From: Octopus sinensis
Lineage: Eukaryota
Assembly: GCF_006345805.1 (NCBI RefSeq)
Contig: NC_043019.1
Location: forward strand, 12,895,360-12,959,359
Direction: 5' to 3'
Length of the DNA stretch: 64,000 nt
Position 1 is the stretch's first letter. Each line of letters opens with the position of its first letter. Below the pieces are notes generated by a model. It saw only the letters and a program-made list of their open reading frames with translations, did no database searches and had not been told where the DNA came from. Below, in pieces: positions 1 through 12,570 of the stretch. A program made the position numbers and the translations under genes.

Positions 1-229
1 TGAAAGAGAGATAACTGATTTTTTACTCGGTGTGTGTGTGTATGTATGTATCTATGTATGTGTGTGTGTATGTATGTGTGTGTGTGTATGTATGTATGGC
101 CGATTCATCGTAATTACAATGAATCGGCCATACATACATACACACACACACATACACATACTTACACACACACATACATAGATACATACACACACACACA
201 CACATACATACATACATATACACACACAC

Positions 230-527
230 CGAGTAAAAAATCAGTTATCTCTCTTTCACACATTACTCTGTCTCTTCACACACACTAACAGAAGCACTTC
301 ACTTACACAACATACCGTCTGTCTCCCACACCCCATCAAACACACACATATACACATGTACATCGATGCTTCCCCTAGACGGTAACTTCAAAGAGAAACT
401 TCCTCGTCATAAAATCGCTTCCTCTTAGTCTCTTTTGCTCTCATTACTTATGTAAAAAAATAAAAGTTTTTTACGGAAATCGACGGAAAACTTGTGCTAC
501 GACAACCGAAACAAACGAAACGTTGCC
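230..527. mobile_element. Right part of a GGCAA-type MITE (variant terminus)
   Basis: The body matches 11650-11972, 12255-12570 and 46030-46337, and ends ...aaacgttgcc. Confidence 0.75.
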
Positions 528-557
528 ATCTAACTCTATGACTGAAAAAATAAAGCA

Positions 558-955
558 TCTTTATATAAGAGTGAAGTTGTGTGTCTGTCTCCTACGATTT
601 AGATTCCTAACTACTCCCAGATTTTGCGGTGCAGTTTAACCAAAAGCGGGTATCTTATAGTCGTGATTCATATCGAGCCCTTCTGGGTATTAGCGCGCGT
701 CTACGATGAGTCTATACGATTTAAAAAAAAATTTACCATCATATTTTTTTTCCATTTTAATGCATTTTTTCGCTTTTATATAAGGGAAGTAACTCTCTAA
801 AAATATCTACGATGTGTCAACGATTTAAAAAAAAATTCCTTAATTTTTTTTCAATTTTTAATGCATTTTTTTGCTATTTTTTGGCTATAACTCTCTAAAA
901 ATGCTTATATAGTTATTTCCCTTACAAACCCGAGCAACGCCGGGCGATACTGCTA

Positions 956-956
<1 letters not shown>
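558..956 (+). mobile_element. Non-autonomous Helitron
   Basis: A|TC start, CTAG|T end, subterminal hairpin cccg-agcaacgc-cggg, no TSD. Confidence 0.85.
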
Positions 957-995
<39 letters not shown>

Positions 996-1019
996 TTATA
1001 TATATATATATATAACACC

Positions 1020-1118
<99 letters not shown>

Positions 1119-1145
1119 TGTATGTATGTATGTATGTATGTATGT

Positions 1146-1208
<63 letters not shown>

Positions 1209-1454
1209 TAGTGGCTGTGTGGTAAGTAGCTTACATACCAACCACATGGTTCCGGGTTCAGTCCCACTGCGTGGCACCTTGGGCAAGTGTCTTCTACTAT
1301 AGCCTCGGGCCGACCAAAGCCTTGTGAGTGGATTTGGTAGTCGGAAACTGAAAGAAGCCCCTCATATATAAATATATGTTGCCGTATTTTACAATCCTGT
1401 AAATAATAATAATAATGATATGTTTAGAAGCTTAAAGCTTATGGTGATCACCGT

Positions 1455-2790
1455 GCAAAAGGCGTTGCTGGTAACGATCATGCTCGAATGGTGCTTTTTA
1501 CGTGCCACCGGCACGGAAGCCAGTTAGCCGCTCAGGCAACGATCACGCTCGGATGGTGCTCTTAGCACTCAACTAGTACGGATGCCAGTCATCGAATTTG
1601 ATTTCGATTTCACTTGTTTCAACAGGTCTTCGCACGCCGAGTTTAGTGTCCAATGAAGGCTAGTTATGCATAAGTGGGCTGGTTACACCCCTGACATAGG
1701 TTATGTTCTCATTTGGCTTGCCGGGTCTTCACAAGCACAGCATATTTCCTAAAGTCTCGGTCACTAGTCATTGCCTCGGTGAGGCTTAGTGTTCGATGGT
1801 CGTGCTTCACTACTTCATCCCAGATCTTCCAGGGTCTACCTCTTCCACAGGTTCCCTCAACCGCTAGGGTGTAGCACTTTTTCACACAGCTATCCTCGTC
1901 CATTCTCGCCACATGACCATACCAGCTAAGTCGTCTCTCTTGCACACCACATCTGATGCTTCTTAGGTCCAACTTTTCTCTCAAGGTACTTACACTCTGT
2001 CGAGTATGCACACTGACATTACACATCCATCGGAGCATTGCTTGCGAGCCTACGCATGTCCTCAGCAGTCACGGCCCATGTTTCACTGCCATGTAGCATG
2101 GTTGTTCGTACACATGCGTCATACAGTCTACCTTTTACTCTGAACGAGAGGCCCTTTGTCACCAGCAAGGGTAAGAGCTCTCTGAACTTTACCCAAGCTA
2201 TTTTTATTCTAGCAGTTACACTTTCAGAGCATCCACCCCCGCTACTGACTTCGTCACCAAGGTAACGAAAGCTATCAACAACTTCTAGTTTTTCTCCCTG
2301 GAATGTGGCGGAAGTTGTTCATGGAAGAAGTTTTGTGGGAATATGTGGATTTCACAAGCGGTCCCCAACAATCCCGCATGTAGAGACATCCTGTTTGCCG
2401 CAGATTGTCCGCAGACGCAGGGACAGAATGACCGATGAACCGCCGGTTGCCGAAACAGACACACCGAGGATTTTCACCAGAGCCCTGTCTGCCGGGTTGT
2501 AGTCCTAATACCACTCGGTGCCACACCAATCCACCTTGGGTGTCCCTACCAGGAACCGAAGTTCCAGAAGGCATAGCTCCGACACTACCCGTTGCCAGTG
2601 TCCCCACCACGGTGACGAGGGTTGGATAGCTGGTCCCTCTGTAGGGTCGACATTCGGCAGACTCTCTTTCTCCCATTCATTTTCTTTATTCAGCAACCTT
2701 TCATAGTGGCATCTCCAAACCTCTCTCTTTGCATCCTCATTTAGTGCAAGAGAAACATCATCTCTGCGGTCACTTGTTACATCTCAGCAT
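1455..2790 (-). mobile_element. RTE-clade LINE remnant (pre-RT segment, RT C-terminus, part of 3' UTR) with an unrelated insert at about 2320-2630
   Basis: AKREVWRCHYERLLNKENEWEKESLP at 2630-2750; EKLEVVDSF and LRWMCNVSVH...RLSWYGHVARM at 1709-2310. Confidence 0.85.
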
Positions 2791-2879
2791 AACAGCAATT
2801 GTTTTCTCCTAGCCCACACTTCTTACTGTTCTACTTCCGTTCGATTTACTGTTCTATTTGCGGCTTAAAACCTTAATGC

Positions 2880-3200
2880 TAAAACGCTAACAGTAAAGAT
2901 CACAGCTGTGTTGTTAGCTGTCATCACCTGTTCTTCATTTAGTAGAGTCTCCATATCTGTATTACTATTACATTTCACGACAAGGTTAATGTCGTCAACG
3001 TATCGAGAGAACATAGCTGAGTGGATGGTACGGGCTCCTTAGAAGGACTTCAGTTAAGCATCTTATCCACACATCCCACTGATGCAATGCTGAGACAAGT
3101 CACTGAAGCTGTCTGTATACAAGAATACAAACCCACTCTCAACCGTAAATCCGAATGGGGTAACATCCAGATTCCACTCGGGAGTACCCTTCTATAGCCA
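2880..3200. mobile_element. Penelope-like element remnant (RT YVDD piece on minus, GIY-YIG C-terminus on plus)
   Basis: Minus: MFSRYVDDINLVVK, ending at 3014. Plus: PTDAMLRQVTEAVCIQEYKPTLNRKSEWGN at about 3076-3165. Confidence 0.65.
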
Positions 3201-3928
3201 CCCCTCTCTCTCATTTATATGTGAAAATCCATACATACATACATGTTGAAATGCATGATACTAAAATACATATCTGTAGTTATATATAACCGTATGAGCG
3301 TACGTAGTTTGATACGTATGTACGTATGTGTAGATGTATGTGTATGTGTGTGTATATCTTGTGTGTTGTGTATGTTAGTATATGAGTATATACATGCATG
3401 CACATATGAGTATGTGTAGATATATGTATTGTTACTGACGCAGGAAAATGTAAACGAAGAAAAACATTATGCCCCTTGTTCCATTAGTTGGAATCGAACC
3501 GGCGCTCCAGTTGTTCAGGACAGTGGTATTTCCTTTGTCCTGTCAAGGATCAAGGTTATTAATGGCCGTAGGCACTTAACTCTGGCCCCATACGATCACA
3601 GAAAGTTTAAAGAAGACAAGGGAAATACACACTGTTGTCGTACGATATGTCTCTCTTTCTAGCTGCCGGCCGTTATATATACGGGTAGAGCTAAGTTGCC
3701 AGTCAGTCAGCGAAAGACCGGACAAGGGAGTCAGCGTGGTCTTGAGAGACAGACGGTCAGTTGGAAATGACGAGGATAAGGAGGCAGACTGGACAACTGG
3801 ACGGCCAGGCAAGTTGTTGTAGTAGGAGTTGTGAGGTTCAGAAAATGCTGCAGACGCGGAACGTGTCGGTGATGTTTTTATTTGTGTTTTGAATTCTGAT
3901 GTTTAAATGAAAAAAAAAAAAAAGAGGA

Positions 3929-4093
3929 GACGCAGGAATGGCTGTGTGGTAAGTAGCTTGCTTACCAACCACATGGTTCCGGGTTCAGTCCCAGTGCGTG
4001 GCACCTTGGGCAAGTGTCTTCTACTATAGCCTCGGGCCGACCAAAGCCTTGTGAGTGGATTTGGTAGATGGAAACTGAAAGAAGCCCGTCGTA

Positions 4094-4130
<37 letters not shown>

Positions 4131-4741
4131 GGCAGTTTGTCTGTCTGCGTGTCTGTGTGTCTGTTTGGTTGTACCCTCACCCTGACCACGGCTTTCAACC
4201 GATTCTGATGAAACTTGACACACACATAGCCCAACGTCATAATTCAAAACTAACGCAGCGAAAATTTTGAAAGGTTCCCCCAGTTCTGAAAAAAAATCGA
4301 TAAATTCGACATGGGGTCGAGAATCAGAAACACAAACCACAGACCGTCTAGGGGACGCAACTCGACCTTTTTAACTCTCAAAAAAATTTACCATCATTTT
4401 TTTCCCATATTTTGCTATTTTTTGGCTATAACTCTCTAAAAATGCTTTATAGTTATTTCCCTTACAAACCCGAGCAATGCCGGGCGATACTGCTAGTATA
4501 TATATATATGTATGTATGTGTTTGTGTGTCTGTGTTTGTCCCCATCAACATCGCTTGACAACCGATGCTGGTATGTTTACGTCCCCGTCACTTAGCGGTT
4601 CGGCAAAAGAGACCGATAGAATAAGTTACTGGGCTTACAAAGAATAAGTCCCGGGGTCGAGTTGCTCGATTAAAGGCGGTGCTCCAGCATGGCCACGGTC
4701 AAATTACTGAAACAAGTAAAAGAGTAAAAGAGTAAAGAGTA
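3929..4741 (+). mobile_element. tRNA-derived SINE family A (full length) with a Helitron inserted in its internal (TA)n
   Basis: Head tggctgtgtggtaag...ggttcagtccc, (aaagagt)n tail. Helitron at about 4120-4496 ending CTAG|T. Confidence 0.85.
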
Positions 4742-6328
4742 AGACGATGTGTTGTTTAAATGAAAAAAAAAAAAAGACTCTGTGACGTAAACTGTTGAAA
4801 AGAAAAGGAAAAAAAAAACAGAACTTGTAAATGTTCAGAGCAGAAAAAAGCAAAAAGACTGTTGAAAAGAAAAGAAAAGGGATCTTTCAGAACGAACTCT
4901 CTGTGTTAGAAGAAGAGAAGGAAAGAAGAGAAAAATGGAACTTTAAGAGACTGTTAATTGTGAACTCGGCGACGATGAAGATGATGGTTTCACGTTCTTG
5001 TCCCAGTTTGTATATTTTTTTTACTTTTACATATATACATGACGGCTACGTACCCCTTTTTGACCCTATACGTAAGTATATACTTGTAACGGGCTTCACT
5101 GCACTTTTAAGGTGCAGTTGGTGCATACAAATTACCGTTGCTTAATATCCAGATTCTACCAGTCAAAGAAACACAAAACGCAGACGTAAAAAATATATAT
5201 ACTTTATTGTCTTATAACGGTAAGAAATAAGTGGTATATCTGGTTCCGCTTGGTATGGATGTGTCAGAGCTGAACTTTATCGCTTGTAAGATTTTACAAT
5301 GTTCAGCCGCTAAAAACAGAACTAGTCAAAATGGCGTCTTTAGGGAGAGCGAAAATAATGTGGTCTGCAACCTTTAGTCACCGCGTCTCAAGTCAGCCTA
5401 CTGCTGCTATGTCTCTCCGGACCCTTTTAAGGTTCACGCTCCCTTGCCTCGGCTAACTGCCACGTCAGTAAAATTCCGTCTTCCGGTCTTCGCGTATGCA
5501 CGAGAGGGCTCCTCCCCTCTGCCTTGGTGAAAGCACCAATACCGCACGCGCGAAACAGAAAAGGGCGGTGCGCGCGCGCGCACCGTTGTATAGGATCACT
5601 ACATACTCTTTAACATTGGTACGACTCTACTACACTGTCTCTTCCCCCTCTCTTACATTTCTCTGCCTTCACGCTTTGCACTCCCCTTGATCTGTCTCTT
5701 TCTCTCTCTTTCTTCTCCTCCCTTGTTCCCCTTCTTTCTTTCTCTCTTCATCTGTCCCCCCTCTCCTACATTTCTCTACCTCTCACACCTTACACTCCAC
5801 TTGATCTGTCTCTTTCCCTCTCTTTCTTCTCCTCCCTTGTTCCTTGTTCCCCTTCTTTCTCTCTTCATCTGTCCCTTTCTCCTCCTTTTTGTCCTCACGT
5901 GACCAGCCACCGACTACTGCCTTTTCGCATCCAGCAGTCATTGTGGCAAGACACATTTGTTAGTTCTCTGTGGCCTTAAGGTACTCTTCTATAGCCAGCT
6001 CAAAACTTAACTCGTCCTGTCGAAAAGACGCTTGTCCTGACGTCCTGGTTTTGTTGTTATCCTTACCATTATTGTTTTTACGTATTTTGTATTCTTATTC
6101 GTGCTATCATTATTGTTTTTACGTATTTTTGTTTTTTTAATACGTGTAACATCGTCCGTTTTCCGTCCCTGTGTTGTATACATTCGAGGCTTTCTTCCAA
6201 AGAATCTAATGCGCTTGGCTTAGATTTTCCTTGGGGGCTGCCAGATCAGAGCAATCTCAAGATTAATCAGAATGTTTCACGTTCTTGTCCCAGTTGTATA
6301 TTTTTTTTACTTTTACATATATATATAT

Positions 6329-6366
<38 letters not shown>

Positions 6367-6367
<1 letters not shown>

Positions 6368-8010
6368 CATCATCATCATCATCATCGTCAACGTTTAACC
6401 TCCGCTTTCCATGCTAGCATGGGTTGGACGGTTTGACTGTGGGCTGGCGAACCAGATGACTGCACCAGGCTCCAGTCTTGATCTGGCAGAGTTTCTACAG
6501 CTGGATGCCATTCCTAACGCCAACCACTCCGAGAGTGTAGTGGGTGCTTTTACGTTCCACCGGCACGGGGGCCAGTCAGACGGTACTGTGAACGACCTCG
6601 CTCGAATTTTTTACACATGCCAATGGCACAGGTGCCAGTAAGGCAATGCTGGTAACAATACCGCTCGAATGGTGCCTCCTACATGCCACCGGCACGGAAG
6701 CCAGTTAGCCGCTCTGGCAACGATCACGCTCGGATGGTCCTCTTAGCACCCTACTAGCACGAGGCACAAGTGCCAGTAAAGCAAAGCTGGCAACGATCAC
6801 ACTCGAATGGTGCCTTTTATGTGCCACTGGCACGGACGCCGGTTAGCCGCTCAGTCAACGATCACGCTCGTATGGTGCTCGTGCCCTTCATCGAATTTCA
6901 CTTTGATTTTGTTTTTGATTTCACTTGCCTCAACAGGTCTTCGCAAGCAGAGTTTAGTGTCCAAAGAAGGAAAAGGTACGCACAAGTGGGCTGGTTACGC
7001 CCCTGGCACAGGCCACGAGGTTATTGTTTCATTTGGCTTGCCGGGTATTTTCAAGCACAGCATATTTCCAAAGGTCTTGGTCACTAGTCATTTCCTTTGT
7101 GACGCCTAAAGTTCGAAGGTCGTGCTTCACCACTTTATCCCAGGGTCTACCTTTTCCACAGGTTCCCTCAACCGCTAGGGTGTAGCACTTTTTCACACAG
7201 CTATCCTCGTCCATTCTCGCCACATGACCATACCAGCGCAGTCGTCTCTCTAACACACCACATCTGATGCTTCTTAGGTCCAACTTTTCTCTCAAGGTAC
7301 TTACACTCTGTCGAGTATGCACACTGACATTACACATCCATCGGATCATACTGGCTTCATTCCTTGTGAGCTTACACATGTCCTCAGCAGTCACAGGCCA
7401 TGTTTCACTGCCATGTAGCATGGTTGTTCGTACACATGCATCATACAGTCTACCTTTTACTCTGAGCGAGAGGCCCTTTGTCACCAGCAAGGGTAAGAGC
7501 TCTCTGAACTTTGCCACTGACTTGGTCACCTAGGTAACGGAAGCTATCAACAACTTCTAGTTTTTCTCCCTAGAATGTGGCGGAAGTTGTTCTCTGCGCA
7601 TTGTCAGTGTTTATTGCACCCGAGCATCTGCCACATACAAAAACTATCTTCCCAGTTAGCCTTCCTTTGATATTACTGCACCTCTTATGTGTCCATAGCT
7701 TACACTGGGTACATCTTATAAAGTTTCTACCTACACCTCAACTACAGATCGAGCTGGGCCATCTACCTGAAGGGATTTGTGGTTTGCCTGCCTTAATACT
7801 TATTAGGACTTTGGTTTTAGCTACGTTGACTCTAAGGCACTTTGATTCTAATCCTTGTTTCCACACTTGAAACTTCTCCTCTAGTTCTGATAGTGACTCA
7901 GCAATTAGAGCAAGGTCATCAGCATAGAGGAGCTCCCAGGGGCATCCTGTCTTGAACTCCTCCCTTATTGCATGGAGGACTATGATAAATAGGAGGGGGT
8001 ATACATACAT
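6367..8010 (-). mobile_element. 5'-truncated RTE LINE with complete 3' UTR and (GAT)n tail
   Basis: RT motif ELLYADDLALIA (7738-8010), RT C-terminus (7029-7529), 3' UTR ending in (gat)n at 6367. Confidence 0.9.
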
Positions 8011-8015
8011 ACATA

Positions 8016-8203
8016 CATCATCATCATCATCATCGTTTAACGTCCGTTCTCCATGCTAGCATGGGTTGGACGGTTCGACCGGGGATCTGGGAAGCCAGAA
8101 GGCTGCACCAGGCTCCGGTCTTATCTGGCAAAGTTTCTACAGCTGGATGCCCTTCCTAATGCCAACCACTCCGTGTGTGTAATGGGTGCTTTTTACGTGC
8201 CAC
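8016..8203 (-). mobile_element. RTE 3'-end fragment
   Basis: (cat)n-cgtttaacgtccg...ctagcatgggttgg, matching the 6367 tail. Confidence 0.8.
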
Positions 8204-8212
8204 CATATATAC

Positions 8213-8245
<33 letters not shown>

Positions 8246-8246
8246 C

Positions 8247-8280
<34 letters not shown>

Positions 8281-8317
8281 GTGTGTTGTGTTGTGTGTGT
8301 AATACCATGCACACATA

Positions 8318-8522
8318 CGAGGGGCTATTGAAAAGTTCCTGGTTTTAAGGATGTCACGAAAGACCTGATTGAAGGCCCAATCTTCCAACTTCTTTTACAG
8401 GGCTTAGAAAAACCGAAGAAGCGCTGCAATAAGTGTTTGAATCTGAGAGGAGGAATATGTTGAATAGAATAATTAATCGATCCTACTTATACCCAAAGTC
8501 AGGAACTTTTCAGCACCCCCTC
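8318..8522. mobile_element. Mariner-derived MITE
   Basis: TA flank; TIR cgaggggctattgaaaagttcctgg / caggaacttttcagcaccccctc. Confidence 0.7.
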
Positions 8523-8765
8523 TCTTTTACTTGTTTCAGTCATTTGACTGCGGCCATGCTGGAGCACCGCCTTTAATTGAGCAACTCGACCCCGGGACTT
8601 ATTCTTTTGTAAGCCCAGTACTTATTCTATCGGTCTCTTTTGCCGAACCGCTAAGTAACGGGGACATAAACACACCAGCATCGGTTGTCAAGCAATGCTA
8701 GGGGGACCAACACAGACACACAAACACCCACACGCATATATACATATATATATATATATATTATA

Positions 8766-8802
<37 letters not shown>

Positions 8803-8968
8803 TATATACGACAGGCTTCTTTCAGTTTCCGTCTACCAAATCCACTCACAAGGCTTTGGTCGGCCCGAGGCTATAGCAGAAGACACTTGCCCAAGGTGCC
8901 ACGCAGTGGGACTGAACCCGGAACCATGTGGTTGGTAAACAAGCTACTTACCACACAGCCACTCCTGC
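8522..8968 (-). mobile_element. SINE family A, full length
   Basis: Reverse complement of the head, (TA)n and tail seen at 3929-4741. Confidence 0.85.
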
Positions 8969-8983
8969 ATATATATATATACA

Positions 8984-9623
8984 CTAGCAGTATCGCCCGG
9001 CGTTGCTCGGGTTTGTAAGGGAAATAACTATATAAGCATTTTTAGAGAGTTATAGCCAAAAAATAGCCAAAAATGCATTAAAAATGGAAATAATATGATG
9101 GTAAATTTTTTTAAAAATCGTTGACTCATCGTAGACATTTTTAGAGAGTTACTTCCCTTATATAATAGCGAAAAAATGCATTAAAATGAAAAAAAAAAAA
9201 ACGATGGCAATTTTTTTTTAAATCGTAGACTCATGTAGACGCTTTCTAGAGCCATTTCTGTTTTGGTGTCTTCAAGCCATGAAGTCGTTATTCTAAAAGA
9301 ACGCTGGTCTCCTTGACAACGCATTACGACGTTGATTTCCTTACACTCCCTTCCCCACAGGTGCAGGTGTGAGCGTGGACGCCAACTCCGCCGCCATCGA
9401 CACACGAAAAATTATGCATTAAAAATGGAATAAAAAATGATGTTAAATTATTTTTAAATCGTAGACTCATCGTAGACGCGCGCTAATACTCAACGGGCTC
9501 GATATGAATCACGACTATAAGCTACCCGAATTTGGTTAAACTGCACCGCAAAATGTGGGAGTAGTTAGGAATCTAAATCGAAGGGGACAGACACTCACAC
9601 AACTACAGTTTTATATATATAGA
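8984..9623 (-). mobile_element. Non-autonomous Helitron, long variant
   Basis: TC start at 9623, CTAG end at 8984, same hairpin; extra segment at about 9245-9405. Confidence 0.85.
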
Positions 9624-9649
9624 TATACATAGCGCAGTAGTGGTGAGAT

Positions 9650-10240
9650 GTGACAGCAAAGAAAAGCAACATTCACTCTCTGCATGCAATTAGACTCGGA
9701 AGTTCGTGAGGAACCCCTTGACCCATTTGCTGACTTTTCCGATAGCACACAGGTCTCAATGAATGGTTGAATGACCAAATCCAAGCTTCTCTGCTAGTTC
9801 CTCAACAGTTACGATGAGATTTTGTTCCACCAGGTTTTTCAGGATGTCCTTGTCGAGTTCTACAGATCTTTCAGGATGAGGCTCGTCTTCTAGGCTGTAG
9901 TTTATGGCTCGGAATTTCTGGAACCACCATTGACACTGCCTTACGCTTATTGTCCAATCCCCATATACTGCATTAATATTTCTTGTACTTTCCGTTGCGT
10001 TGTTGTCTTTATTGAACTCATAAAGCAAAATATGCCAAATATGCTCCTTTGTTACTTCCAATATAGCTTGAAAAAAATAGCTGTTAAAATCGAAATGCAC
10101 TCTTCAAAACTTGCACTATGAATAAGGACAAGATAAAATTACTACCTGCTTTTATAGCAATTTATATAAGTGGTTTATCCCATTCCCCTCTGACTTTTAG
10201 TTCAAGCTGTTGAAAAAACCGCATTATTATATATAATACA
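9650..10240 (-). mobile_element. Mariner transposase 5' remnant
   Basis: EVTKEHIWHILLYEFNK...VRQCQWWFQKFR...LEDEPH (HTH region). Degenerate WVPHEL (GVPHEL) after a frameshift. TIR-like tgcggttttttcaac near 10205-10225. Confidence 0.85.
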
Positions 10241-11061
10241 TTACATACATACATACATATACACACACACTCTCTCTCTCAACACATGCACACATTTATA
10301 TTCTGTTATTCTTTTATATGTTTCAGCCTTGAGTTGTGGCTATGCTGGATCATGTGTGGTGTGTGTGTCTATCTGTCTGTCCTGTCTGTATGTATATATG
10401 TATATGTATGTGTGTGAACAATAATATTTTCAACAGATGTTGCAAATGTATCTGATTTTTCTCAAGCTTCAATACTGTGTGGTGTGGTATGTTGTGTGTT
10501 GTATGTATGTATGTATGTATATATGTATGTATGTGTGTATGTATGTGTGGGTGTGTATGTTGTTGTGTGTATGTATGTATGTTATGTATGTATGTATGTA
10601 TGTATGTAGTGTATGTATTTGACACACACACCAGATGTGAGTTTTCTGTAAATTTGCTTAATTGGAGTTTAAATTTTTAAAACTGGACCTGGCATGACGC
10701 GATGCATTGTACTCTTAAAAATGGTAGGTAAATTGTAATTGAAGAAATCCTATATTGTAGATTTGTATAACTCCCAAAGGGAGGCAGATAAAATCTGCCT
10801 TTTATAATAAGAGATATATATATAATACATATATACTACGGGCTTCTTTCAGTTTCCGTCTACCAAATCCACTCACAAGGCTTTGGTCGGCCCGAGGCTA
10901 TAGCAGAAGACACTTGCCCAAGGTGCCACGCAGTGGGACTGAACCCGGAACCATGTGGTTGGTAAACAAGCTACTTACCACACAGCCACTCCTGCGCCTC
11001 TGTATGCATATTATATAAGGAGAAGGTAGAAAAACTGTTGTGACATCACCTGCTAGGTTTG

Positions 11062-11173
11062 TCATTTAAAGTTTCTCTCTTTATTATGTCCTTTGATTAT
11101 GATGTTATTAGCAAATGCAGTGTTGGAACCTCCTCTTGCTTTTGAATCTTGATGTAGTAAATATTCAACTTGT
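11062..11173 (-). pseudogene. Diverged duplicate of the MTMR9 terminal exon (QVEYLLHQDSKARGGSNTAFANNIIIKGHNKERNFK*)
   Basis: Gap-free codon alignment to 16010-16106 over about 26 codons. The acceptor ttccag is changed to ttccac. Confidence 0.8.
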
Positions 11174-11317
11174 GTGGAAATCAAGAGTATGTCCCTGACA
11201 GGTACTACTCGTGAACAGTGGTCCCGGTGCGCGCACTCGCGCTAGCTAGTTGTAAGTAGTCGATCCTACGACTTTTTAACCCTAAACCCAACCTTAGTTT
11301 GTTTATAAAAATAATTT

Positions 11318-11490
11318 GGCGAACCTTCGGTATATGTACCGGATACATTTTGAAAAAGTGTTCTTTTTTATATATGGGGGGGTAGGGGGTAGGGTTAGGG
11401 TTTGTGTTAGGGTAAGGGTTAGGAGAAAAGGGTTTCTGTTATCTTCAGAAATGTAAACAAAGTCACGTGTACATATACCGAAGCATCGCC
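11318..11490. mobile_element. GGCGA-terminal MITE, 8-bp TSD aataattt
   Basis: TIR ggcga..cttcggtatatgtac; identical 8-mers at 11310-11317 and 11491-11498; internal TTAGGG-like repeats. Confidence 0.9.
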
Positions 11491-11548
11491 AATAATTTAT
11501 TTACTTAGTTTAAAAAATTATTTACTTTGCGTTTTATTTACGTTGTTC

Positions 11549-12570
11549 GGCGATCTTTCGTCTCTAGTAGACCTTTCCGTCGATTTCCGTAAAAATTTTT
11601 TTTTTTTTACATATGGGCTTGCGGGAACTTTTCAAGTAATATACATACATATACACATACACCAAGTAAAAAATTTCAGTTATCTCTTTCTTTCACACAT
11701 TACTCTGTCTCTTCACACACACTAACAGAAGCACTTCACTTACACAACATACTGTCTGTCTCCCACACCCCATCAAACACACACACACACACACATGTAC
11801 ATCAATGCTTCACATGCACGGTAACTTCAAAAGAACTTCCCTCGTCATACAATCGCTTTCTCTTAGTCTCTTTCGCTCTCATTACTTGAAAAGTTCCCGC
11901 AAGCCCATATGTAAAAAAAAAATATTATTTACGGAAATCGACGGAAAGGTCTACTAGAGACGAAAGATTGCCCTATATATATATTTTTCCACGTATTTCG
12001 CCAAAAAAATTTCTGAGAAAGTGAAAAATAAAGAAACTGGGAGTGGGTTGGGGAATTAAATTTTGAGATGCCATTTTTTTTTTATAGATTCAGAATCGCC
12101 GTGGCCGAAAATATGGGTTTCTGTTTAAAAAAACACAAACAAAAACGAAAGGTGGTGGGGGTAACAGTGACGGTTCGTCATGTCCGCCTATAATCGTAAT
12201 CTACACCATCTGAAAGATATTTGTAGAAAATTTCATTGACAAGTATACAAATACACCGAGTAAAAAATATCAGTTATCTCTTTCTTTCACACATTACTCG
12301 GTCTCTTCACACACACTAACAGAAGCACTTCACTTACACAACATACTGTCTGTCTCCCACACCCCATCAAACACACACACACACACACACATGTACATCA
12401 ATGCTTCCCATGCACGGTAACTTCAAAAGAACTTCCCTCGTCATACAATCGCTTTCTCTTAGTCTCTTTCGCTCTCATTACTTGAAAAGTTCCCGCAAGC
12501 CCATATGTAAAAAAAAAAGAAGTTTTTTACGGAAATCGACGGAATGGTCTACTAGAGACGAAAGATTGCC
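11549..12570. mobile_element. Composite GGCAA-type MITE (one left end, two right ends)
   Basis: Complete copy at 11549-11972 plus a second body and right TIR at 12255-12570. Outer flanks cgttgttc/ctttgttc. Confidence 0.8.

Noticed and set aside
2320-2630. Possible Gypsy integrase tail within the RTE remnant
   Set aside because: Only vague compositional resemblance, with no diagnostic motif
6017-6044. Second CTGTCGAA motif followed by a short stem
   Set aside because: No GAAA and no helix I pairing, so not a hammerhead as it stands
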